A stretch of DNA of 22,151 bases from Calditrichia bacterium (GTDB taxonomy: Bacteria > Calditrichota > Calditrichia > RBG-13-44-9): assembly GCA_037381445.1 (NCBI GenBank), contig JARRQT010000029.1, positions 1 to 22,151 on the forward strand. Reading direction: 5' to 3'. Positions 1 to 9,782 of the stretch are shown in pieces (position 1 is the stretch's first letter; every line of letters starts with the position of its first letter). Under the pieces are notes generated by a model that was not told where the DNA came from, did not search any database, and saw nothing but the letters and a program-made list of their open reading frames with translations. The translations under genes were made by a program, and so were the position numbers.

Positions 1-283
1 CCTGCTCTGGCAGTTCCAGGATGTCAATTCCTTCCAGACTCCAATCATGGGAAGCAAGAACGGCCCGGATTTCAGCGCGGCTCTGCAGAAGTGTCACATA
101 AAGCACCCGCTCCCCTGCCAGGACACCTTCGAGCAGGAACTGGAATCCCAGGGTGGTTTTGCCCGCGCCGGGACTTCCGTGAATCAGGTAAGTCCTTTCT
201 TGCGGTAATCCGCCATGAAGGATAAAATCCAGGCCCTTGATGCCGGTAGCGGTATGGGTTAGTTTATACATGGTCTTGCTCAT
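1..283 (-). CDS. KaiC-like / RecA-superfamily ATPase, N-terminal 94 codons (runs off the window start)
   Basis: Manual translation: MSKTMYKLTHTATGIKGLDFILHGGLPQERTYLIHGSPGAGKTTLGFQFLLEGVLAGERVLYVTLLQSRAEI... It has the KaiC-family TGIxGLDxILxGGLP motif and Walker A GSPGAGKT. A purine-rich RBS (GGAAAGGA) precedes the ATG at 283. Confidence 0.9.
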   Translation of the reverse strand, partial: MSKTMYKLTHTATGIKGLDFILHGGLPQERTYLIHGSPGAGKTTLGFQFLLEGVLAGERVLYVTLLQSRAEIRAVLASHDWSLEGIDILELPEQ

Positions 284-755
284 TTTTTTCCTTTCCCTTA
301 TTTTGCAGGATTACTGCTCGAGCCACCCGCTGTCCAGACTATGCAACAATTTAATAAAGTCTGGCAGAGACATAAACGGTCAAGAAGAGAATTCGGCAGC
401 ACGAAAAGTGTTCCGATTTCGTAAAATCATTGAGGAAATCAACTCCAGTCATGGCGTCCAAGATACAAATTTCGGAATTCACAATCAATCCTTTTTTGGG
501 GATACCCTCTTCCCCGCCGGGAATATGAATCATTTTACCCCGGAAACGGACAAAGTTTTAAGCGCTCAATTCTCTGAATTGTTTCATCGATCTTCTCCTG
601 CCGATTGATTCCGAATGGTCTTTGCAGACACCGGAAGGCCTCGCCAAAAAAAGCATTCGTAAAGTGCTGATTTTATTTATATATTTTAACCTGCAAGATG
701 TTAGGAATTTCTAATTCAAATGTTTGTGGTACATTTTTTTCGGAATGCAGCCAGC

Positions 756-2033
756 ATGAATCAATCCCGTCCGCCCGACCGCCTCACCGAAGGCCCCATT
801 ATCAAATCGCTGGTCTCACTGACCATACCGATCGTGTTCGCCAATATTCTGCAGACCGCTTACCAGTTGACGGACACTTTCTGGGTGGGTCGTTTGGGAA
901 AAGCGGCAGTCGCGGCGGTCTCGCTGAGCTTCCCGGTAATCTTTCTGCTCACCTCGCTGGGCGGCGGGCTGGCCATTGCGGGCACCATTCTGGTCGCCCA
1001 ATACAAAGGAAAACGGGACCAGCAGAACGTGGATTTTGTCACTGCCCAGACCCTGATTCTCATGCTTGTTATCTCGGTCATCATTTCTTTTGTCGGTTAC
1101 TTCTCCGCCCATCCGGTGATGAAGCTGATGGGTGCGCAGCCGGCGGTGCTTCCCGGCGCCACTTCCTACCTTCAGATCTCATTCATGGGCCTTGTTTTTG
1201 TTTTCGGATACGCCGTTTTTCAATCGCTGATGCGCGGCGTGGGCAATTTCATTGGAATGATTGTGCTCTTAAGCGGCAAATTTGGTATCCAGCTGCACAG
1301 GAAGGATTTCAAACCGGACTTCGCGCTGATCCGGCGAATGTTCAGCCTGGGTTTTCCTGCTTCAATTGAACAATCTACCCGCGCCCTGGGAATGACCATC
1401 ATGACATTCCTGGTGGCCAGTTTCGGCACGGTGATCATCGCCGCCTATGGCATCGGCAGCCGAATCCTGAGCTTCGTCATCATTCCCGCCCTGGGGCTTT
1501 CCATGGCCACTTCAACGCTGGTGGGTCAGAATATCGGCGCGCAGAAAATTGAGCGGGCCGAGAAAATCGCCAGAACCAGCGCCCTGATCGGTTTCCTGGT
1601 CCTGACCGCGGTGGGCGTAGTGATCTTTTTTACGGCGGGCTATCTCTCGGAATTCTTTATTCCCGGTGAGCCGGAAGCCATCCGCTCCAGCACCCTGTTT
1701 ATCCGGGTCATGGCCCTCACCTTTGGATTCATCGGCATCCAGCAGGTGCTGAACGGCGCCTTCCGGGGCTCGGGCAATACCCTGGTTACCATGGTATTGT
1801 CCATCGTTTCCCTATGGGTGCTCAGGTTTCCCCTGGCGTATATTTTATCGGAACATACTCATTTGGCCTCAAAAGGGATCTGGTGGGCCTTTCCGGTTAC
1901 CAACGTGCTGGCCGCCGTCATTACCATCGCCTGGTTCATGAAAGGGAGCTGGAAGCAGAAGAAAATCACCCCTGAAATGAAGACCGCGGACAAGGTGGCG
2001 GAAGAATCCATCGTGGAAGGTGAGATCGGATAG
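756..2033 (+). CDS. MATE family efflux transporter with an apparent internal in-frame deletion (possibly non-functional)
   Basis: MATE signatures: LTEGPIIKSL, QTAYQLTDTFWVGRLG, AVAAVSL, LVAQYKG, STLVGQNIGA, FRGSGNT. ATG 756 preferred over 720 because LTEGP normally lies near the N-terminus. About 45-50 aa appear missing after MRGVGN. Confidence 0.9.
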   Translation: MNQSRPPDRLTEGPIIKSLVSLTIPIVFANILQTAYQLTDTFWVGRLGKAAVAAVSLSFPVIFLLTSLGGGLAIAGTILVAQYKGKRDQQNVDFVTAQTLILMLVISVIISFVGYFSAHPVMKLMGAQPAVLPGATSYLQISFMGLVFVFGYAVFQSLMRGVGNFIGMIVLLSGKFGIQLHRKDFKPDFALIRRMFSLGFPASIEQSTRALGMTIMTFLVASFGTVIIAAYGIGSRILSFVIIPALGLSMATSTLVGQNIGAQKIERAEKIARTSALIGFLVLTAVGVVIFFTAGYLSEFFIPGEPEAIRSSTLFIRVMALTFGFIGIQQVLNGAFRGSGNTLVTMVLSIVSLWVLRFPLAYILSEHTHLASKGIWWAFPVTNVLAAVITIAWFMKGSWKQKKITPEMKTADKVAEESIVEGEIG

Positions 2034-2289
2034 CCGCCATCACATTAACCTGACAAATTGCGAAAACAACATAATCCCGCCTTTCTCTGGTTTATGAAGA
2101 CCGACATTTATTATGGCCTGCTACCGATTATTATCAACTGCGGCAAAAAGCCGCAGCTCGAAATTGCTCTCACTCGACGGAGAATTTTTCATCCACTGAA
2201 AACAAAATGATCAAATCAGTTGATCTCCTCCTCATTCCATCCTGTCATCGAAAAAAATGTTTTCAGCCCGGAATTCGCCCCGAAATGAC

Positions 2290-2321
2290 TGGCTTCTCCC
2301 CTCACAATTTTCCTATATTTG
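2290..2321 (+). promoter_or_regulatory. Possible promoter of rapA
   Basis: TGGCTT(2290-2295)-N18-TATATT(2314-2319). TATATT-like -10 boxes also occur upstream of the MATE gene (680-685) and the response regulator (9783-9788, minus). Confidence 0.35.
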
Positions 2322-2362
2322 AACGTTGAAAATGACAGGCATTAAACCAGAGAGAGCAATTT

Positions 2363-5179
2363 TTGAATACATTCAGGAAAGACCAGCGGTGGATCAGTGA
2401 AATGGAACCGGAATTGGGACTGGGGCTGGTAAAACATGTGGACCATCGCCTCGTGGAAATCTATTTTCCGGCCAGCCGGGAAACGCGGACGTACGCAGCG
2501 GCCGACGCTCCCCTGAGGCGGGTGGTATTTAAAGCTGGAGACAAAATCAAATCCCGCGACGGCGCCTCATTCACTATTACCTCTGTTTCCACCGCGGAGG
2601 GGATCATCACTTATCACGGGGACCAGATCGATCTGCCGGAAAAAGATCTGTCCGACACCATCAGCTTTACGACGCCACATGACCGTCTGCTGAACGGAAT
2701 CATTGATCCGAATCGTGATTTCAATCTCCGCCAGCGGGCGCTGGAATACCAGCACCGCTACCGCAAAGCGAAGGTACGCGGCTTTATGGGCGGACGCATC
2801 AATCTGATTCCCCATCAGCTTTATGTAGCGCATGAAATTACCCGCCGCCACATCCGCCGGGTGCTCCTGTCCGATGAGACCGGGCTGGGAAAAACCATCG
2901 AAGCCTGTCTCATCATGCACCGTCTGCTGGTCACGGAAAGGATCAGCCGGATTCTGGTGCTTGTCCCCCACTCACTGATTCACCAATGGTTTGTGGAACT
3001 GCTGCGGCGCTTCAACCTGCTCTTCCGGATTTTCGACGAGGAATACTGCCGGGCGGCCACCGAAACCGACCCCGGGGCCAATCCGTTTCTGGACGATCAA
3101 ATGGGCATCACCGACATTTCATTCCTGGCTGCCAACCCGAAGTGGAGGGAACTGGCGGTGGCGGCAGGCTGGGACATGCTGGTGATTGATGAGGCGCACC
3201 ACCTCACCGAAGGCAGCGAGGCATACAGCCTGGCGGAAAAACTGAGCGCGGTGTCGGATTCACTGCTCCTGCTCACCGCCACCCCGGAGCAGTTGGGTCA
3301 CCGAAGCCACTTTCTGCGGCTGCAATTGCTGGACCCGGCCCGCTATCACGATTTCGATCTTTTCGGAAAAGATGAAGAACAGTACCAGGCCGTTTCGTCC
3401 ATCATCAACAGGTTTCTGGAAGAAGACAAATTATCGCCGGCGGATATAAAGCGGCTGAACAGCCTTTTGCCCGGGGAATTGGAGTCCGGTACGGATATTC
3501 CTGCTTCCGATGATAAGATGGACCCTAAAAGCCGCCGGGCGTTTATCGAGGATTTGCTGGACCGCTTCGGGCCGGGCAGGGTTGTCTTCCGAAATACCCG
3601 CGCCGCCATTTCCAGCTTCCCCAAACGGATTGCCCACCCCATTCCGCTGGATGGAAAGGCTGAGGATTTGTCGAGCCAGTCGAAGGAGTTTTCCGCTGAT
3701 CTGGCCGACACGGAAGAGATACCCGCTTTCGATTTTAAAAACGATTCGCGGATTGCCTGGCTGGCGCAGTTTCTGAAGAAAAACAAAAAAGAGAAGGTCC
3801 TGCTGATCTGCCGTTCCATTCAAAAAGTGCGGGCTATAGACGAAGCGCTTCGCAGGCAATTGCCGGCAGAAATCGCCCTCTTCCACGAGGAAATGACGCT
3901 CCTTCAGCGGGATCGCAGCGCGAACTGGTTCGCCCTGGCAGAGGGTGCACAGATTCTGATCTGTTCGGAGATCGGCAGCGAGGGACGCAATTTTCAGTTT
4001 TCCCATCACCTGGTGCTGTTTGACCTGCCCTTGGACCCGGAACTGCTGGAACAGCGCATCGGACGGCTGGACCGCATCGGGCAAAGCCAAACCATTCACA
4101 TCCACATCCCCTACATACAGGGCAGCGGTTATGAGATACTGGCCCGCTGGTATCATGAAGGGCTGGATGCCTTCCGGGAAAATGTCCCCGGCGCCTATCA
4201 GATTTTCCAGCAACTGGGATCAGAGGTCAGGGAAAAGGCCCTCAACAGGAATTTGTCCGGACTGGAAGAGCTGCTGGAAAGGACCCGTAAACTGAGAGGC
4301 GAAATCTCCGGGCGCATTCAAAAAGGGCGGGACCGCTTGCTGGAGCTGAATTCCTTCCAGCCGGAAGCGGCGAAGGAGCTGGTCGGGGAGATCGAGGCAA
4401 ACGACCGCCATACGGACATTGAAAAATTTATGCTGGATGTTTTCCGCCTCTACGGCATCCGCGAAGACCGGATTTCAAATCACACTTACAAATTGAACCT
4501 CTCGCTGCTGTCCAGCGTCGAGTTCCCCCTGCCGCCCCTGAAACAGGAAAGCCTGACTGTCACATTTGACCGGAGCACGGCGCTCATTCATGAAGACATC
4601 GAATTTCTGACCTGGGACCACCCCATGGTGATGGGTGTGATGGATCTGCTGTTAGGCTCAGAAAAGGGAAACGCCGCCGCGGTGAGCTGGCCGGAATCCG
4701 CCACCAATGAGATTCTGCTGGAAGTGATTTTTATCCTGGAATCCGTGGCCCCCAAAAATCTGTTTGCCGATCGCTTTTTGCCCCCCACTCCCATCCGGGT
4801 AGTGGTGGATCACTCGCTGCAGGAGTGCAGCAATAAATTTTCCAGGGAGGCCATCAACCGCGCCGCCCAGGCGTTTGAAGAAACGCATATTCTGGAAAAC
4901 AGAGACCTCAGGCAGGAACTGATCCCGCATATGCTCGGCAGATGCGAGGAGATCGCCGGAAAGAAAAGCCAGTCGCAGATCAACCGGGGGCTGCAGTCCA
5001 TGGAGACCGCGCTGGACCGGGAAATAAATCGTCTGGTGGAATTGAAAAAGGTAAACAGGAATATCCGGCAGGAGGAGATATCACTGCTGGAAGAGGAAAA
5101 GCGCCTGCTGCGGGAAGCCATCCTTACCGCCCGCCTGCGGCTGGATTCCCTGCGGCTGATTGTCAAGGGACACTTCTGA
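2363..5179 (+). CDS. rapA: RNA polymerase-associated protein RapA (HepA), Swi2/Snf2 ATPase
   Basis: N-terminal QRWISEMEPELGLG...FPASRETRTYA (RapA Tudor region). Helicase motifs LIPHQL, DETGLGKT, DEAHH, LLLTATPEQLG, SEIGSEGRNFQF, EQRIGRLDRIGQ. C-terminal GRDRLLELNS, FLTWDHPMV, RFLPPTP, RLDSLRLIV. 938 aa, TTG start. Confidence 0.96.
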   Translation: MNTFRKDQRWISEMEPELGLGLVKHVDHRLVEIYFPASRETRTYAAADAPLRRVVFKAGDKIKSRDGASFTITSVSTAEGIITYHGDQIDLPEKDLSDTISFTTPHDRLLNGIIDPNRDFNLRQRALEYQHRYRKAKVRGFMGGRINLIPHQLYVAHEITRRHIRRVLLSDETGLGKTIEACLIMHRLLVTERISRILVLVPHSLIHQWFVELLRRFNLLFRIFDEEYCRAATETDPGANPFLDDQMGITDISFLAANPKWRELAVAAGWDMLVIDEAHHLTEGSEAYSLAEKLSAVSDSLLLLTATPEQLGHRSHFLRLQLLDPARYHDFDLFGKDEEQYQAVSSIINRFLEEDKLSPADIKRLNSLLPGELESGTDIPASDDKMDPKSRRAFIEDLLDRFGPGRVVFRNTRAAISSFPKRIAHPIPLDGKAEDLSSQSKEFSADLADTEEIPAFDFKNDSRIAWLAQFLKKNKKEKVLLICRSIQKVRAIDEALRRQLPAEIALFHEEMTLLQRDRSANWFALAEGAQILICSEIGSEGRNFQFSHHLVLFDLPLDPELLEQRIGRLDRIGQSQTIHIHIPYIQGSGYEILARWYHEGLDAFRENVPGAYQIFQQLGSEVREKALNRNLSGLEELLERTRKLRGEISGRIQKGRDRLLELNSFQPEAAKELVGEIEANDRHTDIEKFMLDVFRLYGIREDRISNHTYKLNLSLLSSVEFPLPPLKQESLTVTFDRSTALIHEDIEFLTWDHPMVMGVMDLLLGSEKGNAAAVSWPESATNEILLEVIFILESVAPKNLFADRFLPPTPIRVVVDHSLQECSNKFSREAINRAAQAFEETHILENRDLRQELIPHMLGRCEEIAGKKSQSQINRGLQSMETALDREINRLVELKKVNRNIRQEEISLLEEEKRLLREAILTARLRLDSLRLIVKGHF

Positions 5180-5184
5180 TTCCC

Positions 5185-5215
5185 GGCATGTGCAGTTCCG
5201 AAAACGGCACATGCC
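5185..5215. terminator. Hairpin between convergent rapA and TBDR genes, possible terminator
   Basis: Perfect 9-bp stem GGCATGTGC(5185-5193)/GCACATGCC(5207-5215) plus inner GTT/AAC, 5 nt after the rapA stop. There is no immediate U-tract. Confidence 0.5.
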
Positions 5216-5261
5216 CGATGCAAAATTTTTATCGCTTCAAGGATGCGCTAATTTTGGCCCG

Positions 5262-7694
5262 CTAGAATTCTTCTCCTCCCCCTTCATCCATGCCTCCGCT
5301 GTTGTCCCGATTCCGCTCCGGCCTGGCTTTGTAATTGTTGATATTGTAGCGGAGATTGAGCATGAAGATGGGTGCCTCATGGGTATGATAGCTGTAGGTG
5401 TAAAGATCCGGCGCCTCGGAGGTATACTCATACCGGCCCGTATTGAAGAGGTCGCGCACCTGCAGGGTGGCGGAGAGCTGATTGGCCAGAATTTCATGCT
5501 TCACCGCAAAGTTGGTCATGAAGAATCCTTCGCGCCGCCCCTGGGAGGAAACCGTCGGGCTGTTGTAAATCCCGTTGATTTGAAACTGGGTCCATTTCCC
5601 CAGTTTGATGGAATTGTTGATCCGCGTGCTCCAGTTAAAACTTTCCCGCGAAAATGAATCGCCGTATAACAATCCCTCAACCCGGTAATTATACAGGTTC
5701 CCCATCAGATTCAGGTTCCACGCTCTGAGGATATCGATATTCAGCATGATCTCGCTGCCAAAGGAATAATCCCGGCCCACATTTTCGATGGAATGCAGGG
5801 TAATATTATCATCGTACACCGAACGCACCCGTTCCACCTTGTTATGGGTCATCCGGTAGTAAAATTCCGTGGAAAATACATTCTTGCCGAAATAGGTCTG
5901 GAATCCCGCCTCATAGGAATCGATATACTCCGGTTTCAGCGCCGGATTTCCCACCCGCACATTGTAGGCGTCCATCCAGGTCTGGAACGGCTCCAAGTAA
6001 TAGCCGTGCGGACGGTCGATGCGCCGGGTATAGCTGGCCATCATCTGCTGTCCCTTCTGGAACTGGTAGGACATGTGCAGTGTCGGGAAATAATCCCAGC
6101 GATCGATGGTGAACCGTTTGCCTTCTCCGGCCAGGTCGATGATCCGGTAAGTATATTCGCCACGCAGTCCCGCCTGATACCCCCAACGGCCCAATTCGCC
6201 GGAGTACATGGAATACACCGCGTGAACATCGCGGGTGTAATCCGTGGAATGACTGAAGCGGGGATCGAGCCGGTAGATATCGCTTTCCGTCTGATATTCA
6301 GACAGCGTATTATTATCCTGCGAGCGGTCGAGTTCGCTCTGATAGCCAGCTTCAAATTTATTAGTCCGGCCCAGGGGAAGCGAATAATCAACCTTTGCCC
6401 GCACTTCGTTGGAAGGACCGCCCTCTGTCGATTTGCGGCCCGATGTAATACTATTTTCACTATTGATCAGCTCATCCAGCGCAGTTTCATCTCCGCTATG
6501 GTGGTTATAGGAAAGCTGACCCGAAATCTCATGTCCCTTCAAGGCAAAGCGGTGCTGGTACATCAGGTTAGCAGAATAATAAGTCCCGGAACGGTCCTGA
6601 TTATTCCGGCTGGTATAAATATCGTGCGGGATTGCCGGATTAGTCCACTGCTCATAGTCCAGGCTTGAATTTCTCTGGTGTGACCCCTGGCCGTAACGTC
6701 CGTCGAGTGAGATAAGATCCTGCGGACTCGGGGAGAGCGCGAATGATCCTTTCACGCCGCCTGAGATCCTGCCGCGCCGGGAATCGCCGTTGGACAGCAC
6801 ATTAGTGGTGTTGTCCGCATGGGTGGTGCGATTGACATTTCTGCTGGAACCATCGGAAAACCTGCGGTTGTAATCGGCGGAAATGGTGGCCGTATAAATA
6901 TCGTTTTTATATTCCGCCAAAAAATCGCCGCCGTAGCGGTCATTCAAACCGCCGTCCAGGTTTGCCAGACCGCTCATGCCTGACATCTGGTTTTTCTTCA
7001 AAATGACATTGATGATACCGGCAGTGCCTTCGGGATCATACTTGGCGGAGGGATTGGTAATTATCTCAATATTATCGATGGTTGAAGCCGGGATCTGGTC
7101 GAGAGCGTCATTGGGGTCCAGAATGGAGGGCCTTCCGTCAATCAGCACCCGGAAGTTGCCGCTGCCCCGCAGGCTGACGTTTCCGTCAATATCCACGGTA
7201 ACGGAGGGAACGTTTTCCAGCACATCCACCGCAGAACCGGAAATGGCAGTTTGCTGCTGGCTGACATTGATCACCTTCTTGTCAATTTTGTAAGTCATGG
7301 CCGCCTTTTCACCTTCCACCACGATGGCGTCGGCGCTGAGCGCGGTCTGCTTCAGTTGGATTTTTCCAAGATCCGCGCTGAAGTCAGGCCGTCTCAGCTG
7401 AATATTGTCAATCCGTTTGGTACGATAACCGATAAAATAAATTTCGATATAATAATTCCCCGGGCGCAGTTTTTCCAGGGTGAATTTCCCCTGCGGATTG
7501 CTGACTGTGCCGGTAATTTGTGCACTGTCGGCCTTGTTATACAGCACAATATTGGCATATTCGATGGGAACGCGGTCCCGCGAGTCATAAATGGTTCCGG
7601 TAATATTTCCCGGCCCATCCTGGCGGGGCTGCTGCGCAAGCGCAGATCCCATCATTAAAATTAGCAAAACGAAATAAACAAAAAATCCCTTCAT
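5262..7694 (-). CDS. TonB-dependent receptor-type outer membrane beta-barrel protein (carboxypeptidase-regulatory-like N-domain, plug, barrel)
   Basis: Signal peptide; GNITGTIYD...PIEYANI...G.F.L..L.PGNY N-domain; plug motifs VLENVPSVTVDIDGNVSLRGS and IEIITNPSAKYDPEGTAGIINVILKK; barrel motifs GLRGEYT, SYTRRIDRP, GNPALKPEY. RBS AAGGAG at 7705-7710. Confidence 0.92.
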   Translation of the reverse strand: MKGFFVYFVLLILMMGSALAQQPRQDGPGNITGTIYDSRDRVPIEYANIVLYNKADSAQITGTVSNPQGKFTLEKLRPGNYYIEIYFIGYRTKRIDNIQLRRPDFSADLGKIQLKQTALSADAIVVEGEKAAMTYKIDKKVINVSQQQTAISGSAVDVLENVPSVTVDIDGNVSLRGSGNFRVLIDGRPSILDPNDALDQIPASTIDNIEIITNPSAKYDPEGTAGIINVILKKNQMSGMSGLANLDGGLNDRYGGDFLAEYKNDIYTATISADYNRRFSDGSSRNVNRTTHADNTTNVLSNGDSRRGRISGGVKGSFALSPSPQDLISLDGRYGQGSHQRNSSLDYEQWTNPAIPHDIYTSRNNQDRSGTYYSANLMYQHRFALKGHEISGQLSYNHHSGDETALDELINSENSITSGRKSTEGGPSNEVRAKVDYSLPLGRTNKFEAGYQSELDRSQDNNTLSEYQTESDIYRLDPRFSHSTDYTRDVHAVYSMYSGELGRWGYQAGLRGEYTYRIIDLAGEGKRFTIDRWDYFPTLHMSYQFQKGQQMMASYTRRIDRPHGYYLEPFQTWMDAYNVRVGNPALKPEYIDSYEAGFQTYFGKNVFSTEFYYRMTHNKVERVRSVYDDNITLHSIENVGRDYSFGSEIMLNIDILRAWNLNLMGNLYNYRVEGLLYGDSFSRESFNWSTRINNSIKLGKWTQFQINGIYNSPTVSSQGRREGFFMTNFAVKHEILANQLSATLQVRDLFNTGRYEYTSEAPDLYTYSYHTHEAPIFMLNLRYNINNYKARPERNRDNSGGMDEGGGEEF

Positions 7695-7736
7695 CGTACA
7701 ATAGCTCCTTCAGATAAAAACCTGCAATTCGACTCC

Positions 7737-7765
7737 ATTATAGAATATGAATCTGTAGAAATTCT
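7737..7765 (-). promoter_or_regulatory. TBDR promoter: tandem direct repeat (candidate OmpR-family site) plus -10 box
   Basis: The minus strand reads AGAATT-tctac-AGATTC-atattc-TATAAT. The same architecture occurs at 9783-9811. Confidence 0.75.
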
Positions 7766-7798
7766 GTATTGTGTTTCCATTTTCAAAAATTCTATATT

Positions 7799-9076
7799 TT
7801 AGACGGCCTCTTTTATCCGGAAAACATGCTGCCCTTCCCGGTATGAGTAATCAATGGCCAAACCGTTTAATTCACAGATTTTCTTCACCAGCGAGAGACC
7901 CAGTCCCAGCGATGTTTTTGAATTATGGTTGCGGTAAAAGCGCTGAAATATTTTCTCCTCCGGCACCTCCAGCGGCGGGCCGTAATTGCTGATGGTGAAT
8001 TCCCCGGCAGCGGTGCGTATGCGGATGGGACCCTCGCCGGTGCCGTAACTGATCGCATTACGTATCAGATTTTTCAGTATAATGTCCAGCAAAAAAGGAT
8101 CGATCACAATTTGATGCTCCGGAGACAGCGCCGCGTCAATGGTCAGCGATTTAAGCCTGGCAAGCTCCTCGACCGCCGCCACCTGTTTTTCAATTACCGG
8201 CCGGGTTTCAATTCTAATGGCATTGCTGAACTCCCCGTTTTCGATCTTGGTCAAAAGGTTGAGGGAGTTGCCCATCTTGGAAAGATAATTGGTTTCCTCG
8301 TAAATGATCTTCACATTGTCGGCATTTTTGCGCATCACCGATTCATCGGCAATCAGGTTTTCGGTTTTGTTGAAAATGACCGTCAGCGGCGTCTGCATCT
8401 CATGGGCCATGTTTTCCGTGTATTCCTTCAGATTGGAGTAATCGTACTCGATGCGTTCGATCATCTGGTGGAACAGATCCTGCATCCTGATGAATTCCGA
8501 AGTATTTGTTTTTATTTTTTTGATGCCGCTCCCACGGCCTACCTTATAGGTTTTCATGATATCCAGGATGCGGTTGAAAGGGCGAAAGAAATAGCCGGAC
8601 AGAAGGTAATTGAAGAGCACGATGCCCATGGCAAGGAATATAAAAGCGGGAATCAGGGAACCGAAGATATCATCCCGCAGCTTGAGGAAATCACCTACCG
8701 GCAGCAGCAGGATTGCCCGGTAGCCGGCATCATGTACCCGGAAAAAAATAGTCTTCTTGCGAAAGCGCTGCATTTCATCCACGCCGGAATTATAAATCAC
8801 CGTGTCGGAATAGACCGGTGACATTTGGGAAATGGATGCGGCATCCCCCGGAAGCTGCTGAACATCAGTATGCAGCCGATCAATGGGTTTGCCTTCCGCG
8901 ATATACCTTTTCAGGCGATGCTCATAGCGGCCGTAACTGCTTTCCAGATCCTTGGAGATAAACTTATCGGTTTCCCGGATCAGAAAGAACGCGCTGCTGA
9001 TAAAAGCAATAAACGTGAAAATCAGGTAAATCGAAGTTGTTTTGGTCAGCAGTTTGAAAGAACGTTGTTTTTTCAT
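7799..9076 (-). CDS. Membrane sensor histidine kinase (2 TM, HAMP-like linker, HisKA, HATPase)
   Basis: Two hydrophobic segments, H-box NMAHEMQTPL, N-box LKNLIRNAISY, F-box IFQRFYR, G2 SLGLGLSLVKKIC. Starts 13 nt downstream of the response regulator stop. Confidence 0.93.
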   Translation of the reverse strand: MKKQRSFKLLTKTTSIYLIFTFIAFISSAFFLIRETDKFISKDLESSYGRYEHRLKRYIAEGKPIDRLHTDVQQLPGDAASISQMSPVYSDTVIYNSGVDEMQRFRKKTIFFRVHDAGYRAILLLPVGDFLKLRDDIFGSLIPAFIFLAMGIVLFNYLLSGYFFRPFNRILDIMKTYKVGRGSGIKKIKTNTSEFIRMQDLFHQMIERIEYDYSNLKEYTENMAHEMQTPLTVIFNKTENLIADESVMRKNADNVKIIYEETNYLSKMGNSLNLLTKIENGEFSNAIRIETRPVIEKQVAAVEELARLKSLTIDAALSPEHQIVIDPFLLDIILKNLIRNAISYGTGEGPIRIRTAAGEFTISNYGPPLEVPEEKIFQRFYRNHNSKTSLGLGLSLVKKICELNGLAIDYSYREGQHVFRIKEAV

Positions 9077-9089
9077 TATAAAACCATTT

Positions 9090-9770
9090 CTATTGATTCG
9101 CTGAAAATTTATAGCCCATACCGTACATGGCCCGGATATGATTCTTCCCCCCGGCCCGGGTTATTTTTTTGCGCAGGTTTTTGATATGATTGTATAAAAA
9201 ATCGAAACTGTCCGTCTGATCAATGTGATCTCCCCAGAGATGCTCGGCGATATTTTCCTTGGTAAGGACCCGGTTGGGATTCTGCATGAAGTAAAGCAGG
9301 AGATCGTATTCCTTTCGGGTTAGATTCAGCGGACTGTCATGAATAAACGCCTGGGATGCCAGCAGATCGACTTTTATTTCATGGATTTGCAGCAGATTAC
9401 TGCGGTTGAATTTGTTCCGCCGCAGCACCGAGTGGATGCGGGCATTGAGTTCGGCCTTGTGAAACGGTTTGGTCATGTAGTCATCGGCGCCCAGGTTCAG
9501 GCCCTTGACCTTGTCCTCGATGGCATCCCGCGCCGTGAGAATGAGGATGCCGGTCTGGGCATTATATTCTTTAATACGGCGAACAAGTTCTATTCCATCA
9601 CCATCCGGAAGCCCGAGATCGACGATCACCAGATCATATTTGTAGATGGAAATTCTGTCATACGCCTCCCGCAGAGTGGCGGCGTGCTCCACCACAAAAT
9701 CATTATCGGCCAGGAATTGCTGCATATCCTGCGCAAGGCGGAGGTTATCTTCTACAATTAATATCTTCAT
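9090..9770 (-). CDS. OmpR/PhoB-family DNA-binding response regulator
   Basis: REC domain KILIVEDN...IVDLGLPDGDG...ILTARD...GADDYMTKPF and wHTH LTRKEYDLL...HIKNLRKKI...YGMGYKF. Confidence 0.96.
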   Translation of the reverse strand: MKILIVEDNLRLAQDMQQFLADNDFVVEHAATLREAYDRISIYKYDLVIVDLGLPDGDGIELVRRIKEYNAQTGILILTARDAIEDKVKGLNLGADDYMTKPFHKAELNARIHSVLRRNKFNRSNLLQIHEIKVDLLASQAFIHDSPLNLTRKEYDLLLYFMQNPNRVLTKENIAEHLWGDHIDQTDSFDFLYNHIKNLRKKITRAGGKNHIRAMYGMGYKFSANQ

Positions 9771-9782
9771 TTTTTTGACCCG

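Noticed and set aside
334..364. Inverted repeat CCAGACT-N17-AGTCTGG upstream of the KaiC-like gene
   Set aside because: Short arms, single occurrence, and no match to a riboswitch or operator I recognise.
237..608. 123-aa plus-strand ORF
   Set aside because: It overlaps the start of the KaiC-like gene on the opposite strand and has no RBS or recognisable motif.
2138..2156. Hairpin CTGCGGC-AAAAA-GCCGCAG
   Set aside because: No U-tract and about 100 nt from the MATE stop, so too weak to call a terminator.
3431..4213. 260-aa antisense ORF and other small ORFs inside rapA
   Set aside because: Shadow ORFs of a well-supported gene with no motifs of their own.
5793..8821. 291-aa and 298-aa plus-strand ORFs
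   Set aside because: Antisense shadows of the TBDR and histidine kinase genes.
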